From positions 62,001 through 126,000 of the forward strand of contig JBEWZL010000179.1 in NCBI GenBank assembly GCA_045837725.1: a stretch of DNA of 64,000 bases. Direction: 5' to 3'. This DNA comes from Vermamoeba vermiformis. Its lineage: Eukaryota. A program made the position numbers and the translations under genes. Below are positions 51,679 through 64,000 of this stretch, in pieces (within the stretch, counting starts at the first letter, position 1; each line of letters begins with the position of its first letter). Below the pieces are notes generated by a model. It did no database searches, was not told the origin of the DNA, and was given only the letters and a program-made list of their open reading frames with translations.

Positions 51679-52838
51679 CTAAAACGTCCCAGCGTGACAA
51701 GCAGATTTTGCAAAAACATACTCAGTTACGAGATCAAATAGTTGCTTGATATTTAAAGGTGCGGCAGAATTGAGTTCTATGAACTGCGGATTCGGAACTG
51801 GTCTCCAATTAGGATCGTTTTGCAAGTTCTGTTCGTCGGCTGGAATCTTTCTCTTGTTAAATACTATGTCCTTAATATGTTGTATTGCCGCGTTAGCGTT
51901 GGTGCCATTATAATTCTTGAATTGTTCCTTGAATTGTACCGGATCGAAATTTTGGTGGAATAGATCCACATTGTTTAAAACCACAATGAAGGCCAGACCA
52001 TTTAAAGAAGGATGATTAACATAATTCTTCCATTCCTTAATTTTTTCCTTAAGTCTGATATGATTGTCATTAGTCCAAGTAAAAAGATCCGATCGAATCT
52101 GCTTACTTCGTTTTAGCGGGGTTTGATGGTGATGGGAGGTTCCATTCGTCTATATTAAGGATATTTATTACTGCTACCAAGCTGCTGCACAGTGCGGGAG
52201 TCAAATTTTGATCGGAGAGATGCTTTACTAACTTCCACGTGTATTTTCCGACCTTGAAACAGAATTTGTTCATCATAAACAGCTCTAAATTACTAGCAGG
52301 AGCGTCATTATAGAACTCTTCAATACGGTTGATAAAAAAATCCGCTGAAGCTGGAAGTTGCTGAGCGAATCCATTTTCGATAATTTTTTGGATACCTACG
52401 AGTTTATAGTTACGCTGAATATATTCTTCAATATGTTACCTGCATCGTTCCATAGACTCTTTACATAAAACGACAGTTCCGAAGGCGAAACTGATTGCGG
52501 ATTTGCAATTATTTTTGCTACCTCGGCCAAATTGCAATTAATTTGTATATGCTGGTTCTGCGATATTTCTATTATTTTTTGGAAGAAGCTGCATAATTCA
52601 GATAAATACAGGTTCTTTAATTCAACTCGTTCTTCATTTGCCAGTACATCCGACCCGACATCAATTACTTCCTGCTTTCCCGTTAAATCTCCAATTATAA
52701 GGCAATTAAAAGCATATTTTGGTTTGGTTGTTTGATCGTTTTCTTGTCCATCTGATGGTTCCGACTTAAGCTCGCCTGAATAAGAGTTATAATACTAAAT
52801 ATAATGCGTAAATTATTACGTGTGGACTTTTGCCCCAT
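51679..52838 (-). CDS. Divergent heterotrimeric G-protein alpha-like protein (probable pseudo-GTPase)
   Basis: MGQKST myristoylation-type start. CLIIGDLTGKQE (degenerate P-loop). KSLWNDAGIQ and QLPASADFFINRI (helical domain). FIVVLNNVDLF, YNGTN..AAIQHI, NIKQLFDLVTEYVF, and C-terminal CHAGTF. Confidence 0.7.
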
Positions 52839-53236
52839 GGTGCAGTTAAAATGAATTAGGAAAAACCGAAAGACGTGCAGAAATCTCAAAAACGAATTTT
52901 TAGAACCCATCGAAATGAGAATGTTCCGCCACTTTGGACCGTAAACCCGTTAAAACGAAATATTTTTTGCAAACCAAATGCTAGTTTGTAATGAAAATGC
53001 AGCAGCCGCCGTTCATGAAAAGCGGAGCGGAAAGTTTAAAAGGCCGAATTCAAAGAGAAGTTGCCGAAGAATTCAACAAGGAAAAGTCTATGAAGAAAAG
53101 ATATAAATAGCTAGAGTTGTAGCGATAATAAATCAGTTCTTTAGTTTATTCTAAAGCTAGTACAACGCCTCAATCCAATTCCCTACAAGTTCTATAATAT
53201 GATTACTAGTAACAACCTCATTTATTATCCAAAGAG

Positions 53237-54907
53237 CTATTCATGCAGCATTTCAACTATGGATTTACTCCTCGTCACTTCACAGTGCCACAAACGCGGC
53301 AGTTTCATCTTCAATGTCTCTTCGTCCACGTCAAAAGTTTTGTAGATCTCCAAGTACTGCAAAGATGTCAAAGACGTCAAAATGACACCTGACACTTTCT
53401 TTTGGAAGTTCATTTGTAAGTTGGTTAAATGCGATAAACTTCTTAAATATTGCAATTTCTTATCGCCTATTGACACGTCATGAAGTATCAATGTCTCTAG
53501 TGTTGTAATGTTTGATATTGATTTCAAAAATTTGCCTTTGATCCGCATCATAATCTCGAGCTTTTTCAGTGGTAAATGACGAAGGTTCTTTTCATCTAAG
53601 TATAATTGCTGATATAATCCTAGGCATCTGAGCCCTTCGAGATGAACTAACTTGTCAACTTGAAATTTCACTTTGGGCCATTTGTTCGTGCAAAGAGTTA
53701 GAGATTTTAAGTCGGTCATTTGTTCTATTATTTTAACGTCCTCTATTGTAGCAATAGGCATTTCTAATGACGTTAATACTGACAGCTTGAGTAACTGCTG
53801 TGAATGATGTGCTTCGCTGTTGATCTTCAACTCCATGATACTCGATAAGTGCGTCAAGTGATTCAAATTGAGAATCGGATATGCCTCTAGTCTAGTGAGT
53901 TTAGGGCCAATAATATAAGGAAGTATTGGACACTCGTTGGGATCTTGTTGTTGGAACACTGCAAAACCAAAACATTCCAAGCTCGTCAACGCTGTCATAA
54001 ATTGAAAATCGTCGATATTTCCCACATTTAACAGTGCAATTCGAAGAATTTGCAGTTTCGTGAGCGCTGCTAATGTTGATATCTTTTCTTGGTCTGTCGT
54101 ACTAAATCTCAATTCCAAGTTGGTTAAATTTGTTAACGAGAACAATGGAATAAAGGTTCGCGTGCGTAACATCAACGCTTCCAAATTAGGCAATGTTGGG
54201 AACACTTTCAATTTGCACTCTTCCACAAATTGATAGTCCAAGAACTTCAATTGTTTCAAGCTGCTAAATCGCTCAAAGTTCGTATTGAGCCACTTAGAAC
54301 GTCCATTTTGTATAGTTAGTGCTGTCAATAAGTGAGGGCATTGAATATCATGCAGCGGATCTGCTACTTGTGCCAGTTTGATATTTTCGCCGAACATCCA
54401 AGAAAGGCTTACGAGCTTTGAGAAGCACCGCAAGTTAAAGATCGACTCTTTTTCTTCGACATATAATTTTAATTGCGTTAAATTAACGAATGATGTGAGG
54501 AGCCTGTCTGGGAGACCAAATGGCACCGTTTCCAAATTTGTTAATGCGGTTAATGGCTCGAAATCTACGTCTGACGTCGTCGGAATGATTTGTCGAGTAT
54601 TGATGGATATTAATTGCGTTAATTTAGACAATTCTTCGAAGTGCTTTCGCTCCAATGCGAGTTTGTGGTGCGTGAACGAGATCCGAATAGGAAAGTTGTA
54701 CTTTTTGAGTCGCTGAACTATCCGGTCGAATTGACTATTAGTTGTATAATAAAAATTGAAATTATGTGTATCATTGATTACTCTGCACCAATCTTCGTTT
54801 GCAAGTCTCAATGCACGTGCTGATCTGTCATCCAAAAAATCGATAATGTTCAATTTTATTTCTACTGGCAGGCGCTCAATAGCTGACGGTAAAACATTTT
54901 GCTCCAT
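53237..54907 (-). CDS. F-box plus leucine-rich-repeat protein (single exon, 556 aa)
   Basis: ERLPVEIKLNIIDFLD...LRLANEDW F-box, followed by LxxLTxLxxL repeats. Confidence 0.88.
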   Translation of the reverse strand: MEQNVLPSAIERLPVEIKLNIIDFLDDRSARALRLANEDWCRVINDTHNFNFYYTTNSQFDRIVQRLKKYNFPIRISFTHHKLALERKHFEELSKLTQLISINTRQIIPTTSDVDFEPLTALTNLETVPFGLPDRLLTSFVNLTQLKLYVEEKESIFNLRCFSKLVSLSWMFGENIKLAQVADPLHDIQCPHLLTALTIQNGRSKWLNTNFERFSSLKQLKFLDYQFVEECKLKVFPTLPNLEALMLRTRTFIPLFSLTNLTNLELRFSTTDQEKISTLAALTKLQILRIALLNVGNIDDFQFMTALTSLECFGFAVFQQQDPNECPILPYIIGPKLTRLEAYPILNLNHLTHLSSIMELKINSEAHHSQQLLKLSVLTSLEMPIATIEDVKIIEQMTDLKSLTLCTNKWPKVKFQVDKLVHLEGLRCLGLYQQLYLDEKNLRHLPLKKLEIMMRIKGKFLKSISNITTLETLILHDVSIGDKKLQYLRSLSHLTNLQMNFQKKVSGVILTSLTSLQYLEIYKTFDVDEETLKMKLPRLWHCEVTRSKSIVEMLHE

Positions 54908-55170
54908 TTTATGCTATTAAATTAATTTTATTAGCAATTCTGGATTAGCAAATCGATTATCATTATCTCAAGATAGATAATAAATTCTCTATATTAGAAA
55001 AGCCCTTACCCACCTGTAGATTTAATTTACTGCATTCTAAGTGTCCGACAATAATAACAAAGAATAGTGAATTGTTGTTCGTGTTATTGGTGATTAAGAA
55101 AATGGCGACCTTAAGAAAGTCCCGATTTTGATTTATGCTACACACAATTTATTTACACTCCAAGTTATAT

Positions 55171-57577
55171 TTACGCAAAACATGCGACTACCAGTATAAT
55201 CGTGAGCACGCCGCTGATGAGTTCATTGGCACACGACGCCACTTTGTTGCTGATCGGCTGTGTCGTGCCAGCAGAAGTAGGCTCCTTCGGAATATTCGAA
55301 ATAGGCGTGATATGAGGTTGAGGCTCAGGTTGAGGTGGTGCAACTGGGGCTGCTTTTGGTGGATCGACTTGGACAGGCGTGGGTGCGACTGGCGGAGTGA
55401 CTGGTGGAGTGACTGGCGGAGTGACTGGAGGGTCTACTGGCGGCACACTAACAGGTGCAGGAATAGGCGCAACAGGGGCCACTGGAGGAGCAGGCGGCAA
55501 GAGCATGAATCTCATGTAGTTGAAGTTCCAATAGCCTTGACTGAACTCGAGTCTCATCACGTGATTTCCAGCTGTCAGCGGCACGCTAGATTGAACAGGG
55601 GGACAATAGGCCCAAGTGGCATAGCCGCCTGAAGGATACAACACGAGCTGTGCTACTTGTGCGCCATCAATCTTGACCGTGATTTGTCGCTGAGCACCAA
55701 TGGGCGTGCCATCAGGGAACGCGTAACGTGCGTCAATTTGGTACATGCCAGTCTGCGCCACTTGAACTGCGAACTGCAACCACTCGCCGCCTTCAATGTA
55801 GCTGACCGCATAACACTGAGGACCGTCCGTGCAAGTCTGAATATCAACGTCATCGGTACGAAGAGCACCGCCAGTGTTGCCAGGCGTGGTGTCATGGTAC
55901 GCTACATCTTGACCTCCAAAATCATAGTTCTCCGCTTCGATAATGCCGGGAATAACATTGGTCACGAGGGCGTAAGGAGGCATCACTGGTGGAGCTACTG
56001 GTGCGACGGGAACGGGAACTGGACGCGCTACAGGGTACACGCACTGTGCGCTGTAGAGGTCAGGACACGCACCACAGTCATCAGTGCAGCTCGTGCATGT
56101 CTCGAGTCCGTTGCATTGGCCGTCACCGCATTGAGGGCACGCACCACAGTCTCCTGGACACGCGCTGCACGTCTCATTGCCATCACAAAGTCCATTGCCA
56201 CAGACACCTGGCATGGTCAGTTTCAATAATAAATACGCCAAATTAATACGACTTACCAGGGTAGTAATCAAATCGGGTCAAGCCACAGCAATCTTCAGCG
56301 CACGAGTTCTGTGTTTGAGCACCGCAGACCTCTGTTGATACAGTCAGTATGTTTTGGTTACTCATAATATTAACACGTGCCTCCAGGATCACATCGTTCG
56401 TTACCACACGCGTACATAGAACCGCAGTCTTCGGGGCACGTGATGTAACCTGTCAAAAGTGATTAAACGAATGCAATCTTGTAATTACAAGGTTCAGTTG
56501 TTATATTACTCACCTAAATCAGTAGTGTAATCGCCAGTCTATGGGATATTAGGGATTAGTTTCGAAATTGAGCTATGTAAAGTGATGGATCTGACGTACA
56601 CTCGGAGCCCAAGTTTCACCACATTCATATTGACACTGTCCATTACCACAAATTGGAGTAATACACGCGCCACAGTCTTGGGAACATGAGTGGCAGTCTT
56701 CAGTTTGATTGCGATGGTCCACACCTCCGCACACTCCGTCACCACACACGGGATCTCCTGCTTCAAAAAATGAAACAACAGAGATTTGAGGACTCCAGTA
56801 ATTAATCCAGCCTAAATAAGGATCATATTAGTATTACACTTAATAAGTACCGAAATTTCTTGCCTTCGTTGACCCAGTCTTTGAATTGGAGACGGATGAA
56901 GTGAGTACGATTGGGCAAATTGACGAGCCACATATCATAGTAATACCAGTTATAACCTGTTAGCACTTTCGGACCTATCAAACAATAGAAAGAACGCGTT
57001 AGTTTTGGAGATCAAGTATTCTTTCCATATTTGGAAATGCGCGGGCAAGCTTGGTAAATGCCATAAGAAAATAAACTACGTACCCCATATCGCTTGAGAG
57101 CTATTTAGCTCTACATAATTAACTCCGTCATAAGAGCTGTAAAAGTGGCTTTCTTCACTCGCGCCAGTAATGAAGTACAATCGAAAGTAGAAGCAGTCCA
57201 AACCAGTGCTTGATTTATATACGACGAAGAACTTATTCGCGTTGGGATTTTTGTTTTGTCCAACTGCAATGAGAAAGAGTTAATAAAGAAAGGTCGTTTG
57301 TCCTGGCACATTATGCGCTTCGGATGCTAAACTTACCGCGCATATTTCGCTTAAATCTGCACGTGTCTGAGTTATACTGAGCGGCGGCATCGCGATAGTC
57401 AACAGACATGTCGATACAATGCTCCGTCAAGTACTGAAAGTTGCAGCAATCGTCCACAACACGAGCAAGGCCGATTCCGACCTAATATAATATTAATAGG
57501 ATATAAAGAGTAATAGGAAACATGCTTTTACTTACCAGGCCCAAGAATATCAGCAACACAACGGATTCGATTTTCAT
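55171..57577 (-). CDS. Paralog of the 16.4-19.3 kb protein: N-domain, Cys-rich repeats, one CBM6-like module and a probable GPI/TM anchor
   Basis: Signal MKIESVVLLIFLGL. ARVVDDC...IDM..DYR.AA..RFKRNMR and YWSPQ are shared with the paralog. IPGIIEAENYDFGGQDVAYHD. Hydrophobic C-terminus LISGVLTIILVVACFA. Confidence 0.82.
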
Positions 57578-58128
57578 CGTTTGCTGAAGTTTGTTTGCTT
57601 GGTGGTATTACCACAACATGAGTTATTAAATAAATGAAACGCACAATTTGATTTTATGCGGTGCGTCTTTTGACGGTTCAATTTGTTAAAAAGAAAGCTG
57701 CAGGACTTTTCGATCTGCTCCTTCCTTGAAGAGGCAAATACGAACAAAATGTAGAAATTGTTGTTAAATAAATAGTTTTGGTATACCGATTTTTACTAAA
57801 TTTGGGCAAGCAGAGCGAATAATTTAAAAATTAATTCAAATTTAGTAAATCTGCAACAAATTCGCCGATTGTACTGCCGTGCAGTAAATTAGAGTTACAC
57901 CACAAATTTACATAAATTTTACAAACTACTCTACCCTTATCGTTTTGATTGACAAGGGTAGGAAAAATAAACTTGATCTTACAAAGCGATTGGCGTTCAA
58001 CACTGCGCGCGTGCATTGTAAAATAACGTAACGACTGTGACTTGCAAGGGACACTAAAAATGGGTTGTGGTTCGATTCAAAAACTTCAAAATAATAATTA
58101 CCCGATCTTTTATTTCGGGCTAACGCAA

Positions 58129-61100
58129 TCAGACCGTATTCTTGGCCGTGTACAACGGTGACTGCACAGTGGCGTTTCTCTCCTGATAGAGCGGGTTATT
58201 GTTCGCATCGGCGCTCGCAGACTGAAGGGACTCGAAGAAATCGTCGACTGGACCAGCGCGATTCTTCATCTTCCAGATCAACACTGCTGCTCCAGCAATC
58301 ACGGCGGCACCAGCAATAGACACACCAATCGGCACGCCAACGCCCACAGTTGGAGTAGTAGTCACCGTGGCCGTCTGATCGGTGATGATAATGGTCATGT
58401 TCTTCGTGGCATTCAATGCGCGGTTCCACTTGTCAGTGTTGCCAAGGTCATTCACGTAAATATTCAACACGACTGAGCTGGTGCTGTTGTCAGCCAAGGT
58501 GACTGTCAACGAAGCAAGGTACGTGCGCAGATTGTTTTGTCCGTCGTAACAGTAGAATGTCTGGTTGTTGGGCTGTGTGCACGGTGCTGGCATGACTCTG
58601 CCGCCGCGTGCCGTGACATTGGTGAAGTACCGCTGTTCAGCGAGCGAGATCGCAGTCTTGGAGTCACTAACTACACTGACTTCTAAATAAATGGTCTTTT
58701 GGGCAGCATCTGGGTCTGCGACTGAAACACTAGCAATGCCAATGTTCCCGTTGTCAGGGATTTGAACAGTGTATGTGTCAGGTGAAGTGATGTTAGGTGG
58801 CTGATTGATTGGATCGACAACCATGATTGCCTTCACTGCGAGCGATGTCATTGATGTTATTGTGTTCTGAGCTTGGAATGTCAGAGTGGCGTACTGTCGC
58901 TTATCATAGGTGTTGTGTTCTGGCACGAACAAGATTCTCCAAAGAGCAGGACTGAACGGAGTGATCGTTGCGGGAAGTGTCAACTGTTCACCTTGTTGAC
59001 AGGTGTTATCAGCTGTCACAATGCACGCGTAGTAAGTAGCCTTGTAATCAGACGATGCGCCAACTGTTGAAGCGAGAGACGAGTTATCGAAACCCTTGTC
59101 TGTGTTGTGTGCAGTCCATTCAAGTACAAATGCAGTGTTCATGTCCGTGTGCGTACGAGTGGGCGTTGCCAAGAAGCTGATGGGCACTAACACGGGTGCA
59201 TGCCAAACAGGCAACACGAAGATGTTGTACGTGTACTCGGCACTGACCAAGTTAGGTGTGACAGAGCTGTACACTTGGAACTTGAATGATGAATAATAAT
59301 ATGTGGGTGCATCACCGTGGTCCAGCTGCAACGAGGTGAAGTACACTGTCAAACCACTGTTTTGTAACTTGTACGGTGTAGCTGAAATGTTTGATGTCGC
59401 ACAGCTGGCTTCACTGGTACATTCCCACAAATAGCCACGAGAAAGCATCTGCGTGATAACAATGGTGTAGGTCGGTTGAACTGGATTGTTCTTGTTGATG
59501 TCTTGTGAAATAGAGTTCAATTGGAGTGCGTTGATGCTCTCTTCATAGACGGTGATGTTCAGTGATCCTTCATAGACGGGTGGCTTGTCGACAAATGTCA
59601 CATAGATAACACCAGTGTACGTTGAGAGGGAAGACAAACCGTGAGGATCTACGATTTGATATGTGAAAGTCACAACGGGGTTGGTGTCTGGAACGCTGTA
59701 GACGCCATCATTGGGAAGGTAGTAGAACGAGAGGCCTTGCACCATAACACCTGTGCTCGAGGGCTGCAATACGTTCTTGAAGCTTGAATCCGTAGCGAAA
59801 ACTCCGTTGGCCGTAGAGAAAGTCAATAATCGGACACTCAACGTGGACACAGCGTCATCAGGATCAGAGGCTTGAATGTTGACTTGAATAGGGGTGCTTT
59901 CTTTGGTAGTGCCTGCAAAGTTGTTGCCAACGGGTGGTTGATTTACAAAATTGACGTTGACGGTGACGTAGTAAATAGGACTGTAACTGTTGCCATCGTA
60001 CACTTTGAAGCTGAATGTGTCGTACGGAGTTCCAGAGCCGTACTGAGCGGGCAAGTAGTTCACAGTCCAAGACATGCCTCCGCTAAATGTGTACGGCACA
60101 GAGGCAATAAAATTGTTCGTGGTCGGATTGATGAGCTGGCCTTTGAGTGGCTGAGAAACAATGATCAAGTCGAGGGAAGTACTGTCAATGTCCGCGCCTT
60201 GAATCTGCACAGGTGCTGCGAGTGAAATGTCTTGCTTGTTGATTTCGTCCATCGTGATTGTCACGTTCTGAGAGGTCGGAGGATAGAAGATTTCAACGAT
60301 CACGATAGTCACAGTTGCTGTAGCTGACAAGCCTCCAGGGTCTGTCACGGTGTAGGCGAAGCTTGTGGTACCATACTTGTGCAAGCCAGGGACAAATCTA
60401 ACAGTGTTGGCGATCGCGGTTGTGCCTACTGCCAATGACGAGCCATCTGAATTGAACACAGTGCCTTTGCTCGAGTCAGGAAGAGTATTCAGCGTGATGG
60501 TCAAATTGTTCGGTGTTTCAGTGTCATTGATGTAAGGCTTGAACGAGATCATTTGGTTAGCTACATTAGCTTCATCTTCGTAAATTGTGAAAGTAAAGCT
60601 CTTGGCCAAAGGCGGAGTGTTTGGAGGAATGACTTGAATCACGTTGATAGTGACCGTGTAGATCGGTGAATCATCAAAGCCGTCGTTGACTTTGAAGTTG
60701 AAGCTCGTAAATGATGTGTTAGCCGCGTAAGCTCCAGCTGGGGGAGTGTAAGTCAAGTTCCAAGACGCACTTGAGACGTATGTCAGAGAAGTAGACAACG
60801 TGACTGTACCACTGCTCGACGTCAACGTGCCATTAGGCAAGGAGGTGAACAACAACTTGATAGTTTGACCTGGATCAGGGTCATAGTAACTGAGTCTATC
60901 AATCGCTACTGCCGTGTCTTGCTTCGTGGAAACGACTAAGTTTTGAGAGGATGGTGGTGTGTTAGAAAACAAGACGATGACTGTCACAGTGGCAGTGTTG
61001 GACGTGGCACCATAAGAGTCCACAACAACGTAGGTGAATGTTACGACACCGTATTGATACGGAGTGGGCACGAATCGAGCACCAAGACTTGGCAGAGTTG

Positions 61101-63876
61101 CCAGAAGAGGTACACTGCTCCAGGTGTTGCCATTAGACGTGTATTGCAAGTTGCCAAGTGATGCAGGAAGCGACGTGATCTTCAGTGTAAGTTGACTGGT
61201 AGGACCGTCAACATCACTGACGTGTGTCGAGAAGTCAATGAGCTGTTTCGCCAAGTTAGCTTCATTAGCCGTGATCGTGAAGTTAAAGTCTTGTGCAACA
61301 GGCGGCTGATTCACGAATGTCACGTTGATGTTCATCGTTCCATATGTCGTGGCACATCCATCGCTCACACCAAAGGACACAGAGGCGGGGCCGTAGTAAT
61401 TGTTAGTCGGCACGTAAACGCTTGATAGACTACTGTAAGGCGTGCCAAATGAGATCGAAGAACCGCTTGTCGTGAACAAATTGCCATTCGTGGCGGACGA
61501 GTAAGTGACTGTTAACTTGTTGCCTTCAGCGTCCGAAGCTTGCACAGTAAGTGCGGCATTCGTGTTCTCAGCGATGTAAACAATGGGCATCAAGTTCAAT
61601 GCAGGGGGCGTGTTAGCTTGAATCAAGAAAGTAGGGGTGGAGTAACCAAAAAGTCGAACTGTCGCTCGAACTGGCCACGTGACGGAAGAGGATGACAAAC
61701 CAGAAGGATAGGAGGCTTCTAGTGTGATAGTAGTAGATGTACCGCGGCTGAGGGTTTGCGAGACACTTGCTGACAAGAATCCGTACGTGTCGCTCAAAGG
61801 AGTTGCGACTAACGAGCTAACCATAGAATATGCCAATGTTTGGGCGGAGGTGTACCAAGATGAAGGAGACGTGATGAACGAAGCATAGGACAACGGCAAT
61901 GATGAAGCTAAGCTCGTGAATGAGTTGAACACTGTTCGATCGTTGTTTGTGTTGAGAACAAGGAACAGCGGCACGACACCAGTTTTTACACTAAGTGCAG
62001 TCAAATCAAGCGAAGTGTACGCTTGGTTGGTGATCACAAGCACGGCACTGAATGCACCTGTTCGCCAGCCAATGTTGTGATTTTGCATCAGCGCGGCAAC
62101 TGCTTGCAGCGACAATGACGCACTTCCTGACGCCGTACTAGTGGAAGGCAAGCTACGAATGTTGGATTGTAGTGTCGAGGTCGACGAGGTGAGGTACGAG
62201 TAGATGTTTTCAGTGTGGCTCGAGCCTGAAGTAGCAACTGTTGCCAAGCCAACTTGAGCACTGTAGCTCGATGAAAGTTGATACAAGAAGGTGGGTGCGT
62301 AGTTCTTGATCTGGTCGATCGTTGTGCTAGCCATGCCTTGAAGATCTAGAAGAAGCAAAATGTCGACCAAGGGATTGTTGTTCGTCACACTGAAGCTCAA
62401 CGATTGAGATGCGGATGCGGAAGTTGGATTGAAGTAGACAGCGTATTGTTGCGGATAAAGGCGATCTGAGGATCCTCTTGAAGTAGGAACTTGATAGAGA
62501 ACCGATGAAGCAACGTTGGGGTCGCAAGTCGAAGAAGTGGATGTGCATCCAGCGATCTCGGGACCAACAAGCAGTAGTCTATAGGAGCAACCAACGGCAT
62601 AGCAAGTTGAGTTCAGCTGCTGCACTTGAGTCGAGCACGCGTTTCCATTGACGTCCAAGCCATTTCCACTAGCAAAAACAATACAAGTAATACCGTTGGT
62701 GAACAACTGACTGGCGTAAGTCATGACTGCAGTTCTAGAAGCTGTGTTGTCTGGCGCAATGGACCAACCAGAAGGAACTGATATATATGACTGGCATGAC
62801 AAGGAGGTAAGACCTTGCAACAGGGCGTATTGAGTGCACGAGTACTGAACGAAGCTGAGGATGGATGTGCTTTCGCAGGTTTGGATGTAGCCGCCAGAAT
62901 AGATGGGAATGGTAGCAGTCCAATTACCATCGATAGACCAAGTAATCATTGCATCGTTATAATCCTGTTGCACGGAAGTAAAGATAAGAAATGCAATTCG
63001 CCGTAAATTCCGCGAGGCACTTTCTTACCCTATCACCAAGACCATACAAGTCTTCAAAGCCCATCATCACCACATCATCGATACGGGCCCACGAGCAGTG
63101 CTTGTATCCATCGGGATTGTTGATTTGAGAGTTGAGGTAACTGTAGTACGTGTACCCGCTTGGGTTGTTGTAGCCGTTTCCTTTCAACCAAAAGCCAAGC
63201 ACGGTACCTGATAATCAACGCGAATATTATTCTCGTGCAATTGTTAAATTGTGAATTACGGGTAATTACGCACCTGCCGGAAAAGGCCCGACTTTAATTG
63301 TATCTCCCGGGGAATCACAGCCTCCTTTTGATACATTACGGATCGCAGGTAATATCATCGTCATATTAACCGCTTGTTGAGTATTAGGGTCTACCAAATA
63401 GTACCTATGTATGACCGCCTGTTAGAAGGAACAAATGCTAATTGATTGCACGTACCCTAACTGGTTCACATAACCCGCGCCTTCATAAAGGTATGTAATG
63501 TTCATATATGAGACCTGCAACGATAATGAAGGTAAGAATGACGTTATAGAGGCACTGATAGGATGTACGTACTGAATTGAATGTAACCACAACATCGACA
63601 TTGGGATCCACAAGTGCGGGGTTAGGTGTGCGGCCTTCGGGAAACAGCTTGGGAATGAGCGACAAGACCGTCGACGAGACTGGATTGAAGTAGTACGTGC
63701 CGCCAGTGTGCGCATCTATGTCATCATACATCAGTTGCTGCACTCATACGAAATAACTATAACGGCTGACACGTACCTGTAGTACAGTTGAACGAGAGCA
63801 CGGGAACAACGCAGCAAACAAGAAGGAATAAGAGCACTGAGCTGAGGGTCCACGCTGTTCTATTGGATTGCATCAT
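58129..63876 (-). CDS. Large Sib/integrin-beta-like type I membrane adhesion protein
   Basis: Signal peptide. GFEDL (DUF4114-like) domain. VWA/I-like VDILLLLDL...IGWRTGA..VLVITN. About 8 Ig/cadherin-like repeats (N.PP...D.D...L....LP..G.L...F.Y.V.D). Gly/Ala-rich TM ending in WK. Tail with NNPLY and SPLY. Confidence 0.8.
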
Positions 63877-64000
63877 CTACGCAATCATAAGTATGAAGTA
63901 ATTACGACGGAATTTAAGTGTAAATTGCAAAAGCGAATTCGATTCTCTTACCTCAACAAACAGCGTGACGTGACGTGCTAGTATATGATTGATTCTAAAA

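Noticed and set aside
55135-56246. Long plus-strand ORFs opposite the CBM gene (and similar shadows opposite other genes)
   Set aside because: Antisense open frames caused by codon bias of the real genes.
1-64000. Prokaryotic features (operons, CRISPR arrays, rRNA/tRNA genes)
   Set aside because: The genes are interrupted by spliceosomal introns. I saw no regularly spaced repeat-spacer array, tRNA cloverleaf or rRNA motif.

Overview
A gene-dense, intron-rich eukaryotic window (~40% GC; short GT-AG introns of mostly 45-100 nt with CTAAY branch points). The gene content suggests a free-living amoeboid protist, probably amoebozoan, but that is an inference. The ORF track therefore shows only exon fragments. 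I spliced about 25 gene models by eye, so their boundaries are approximate. Conventional genes: kelch/coiled-coil protein, KUP K+ transporter, MDR oxidoreductase, SLC38A9-like transporter, purple acid phosphatase, SAM methyltransferase, SLC45-like MFS transporter, F-box/ankyrin and F-box/LRR proteins, two Cys-rich/CBM6 surface proteins, four tandem PA-domain 7TM paralogs, and a large Sib/integrin-beta-like adhesion protein. The main highlight is an apparently intact 3,054-bp IS630-Tc1-mariner DNA transposon (24422-27475; 30-bp TIRs, TA target duplication). It encodes a spliced DD37E transposase with a PAX paired-box-like N-terminus. It also carries a second, convergent, spliced cargo gene for a Zn-knuckle/Pro-rich/RING-H2 putative E3 ubiquitin ligase that overlaps the transposase stop. 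Other highlights: a class C GPCR whose ligand domain resembles a ProX/OpuAC glycine-betaine-binding protein; a G-alpha-like pseudo-GTPase; an intron-containing, phage/bacterial-type GH19 endolysin-like gene; a kelch-ectodomain receptor tyrosine kinase; a three-hairpin structured RNA inside an unusually long intron; and a 12-bp palindrome recurring ~115-130 bp upstream of several start codons.
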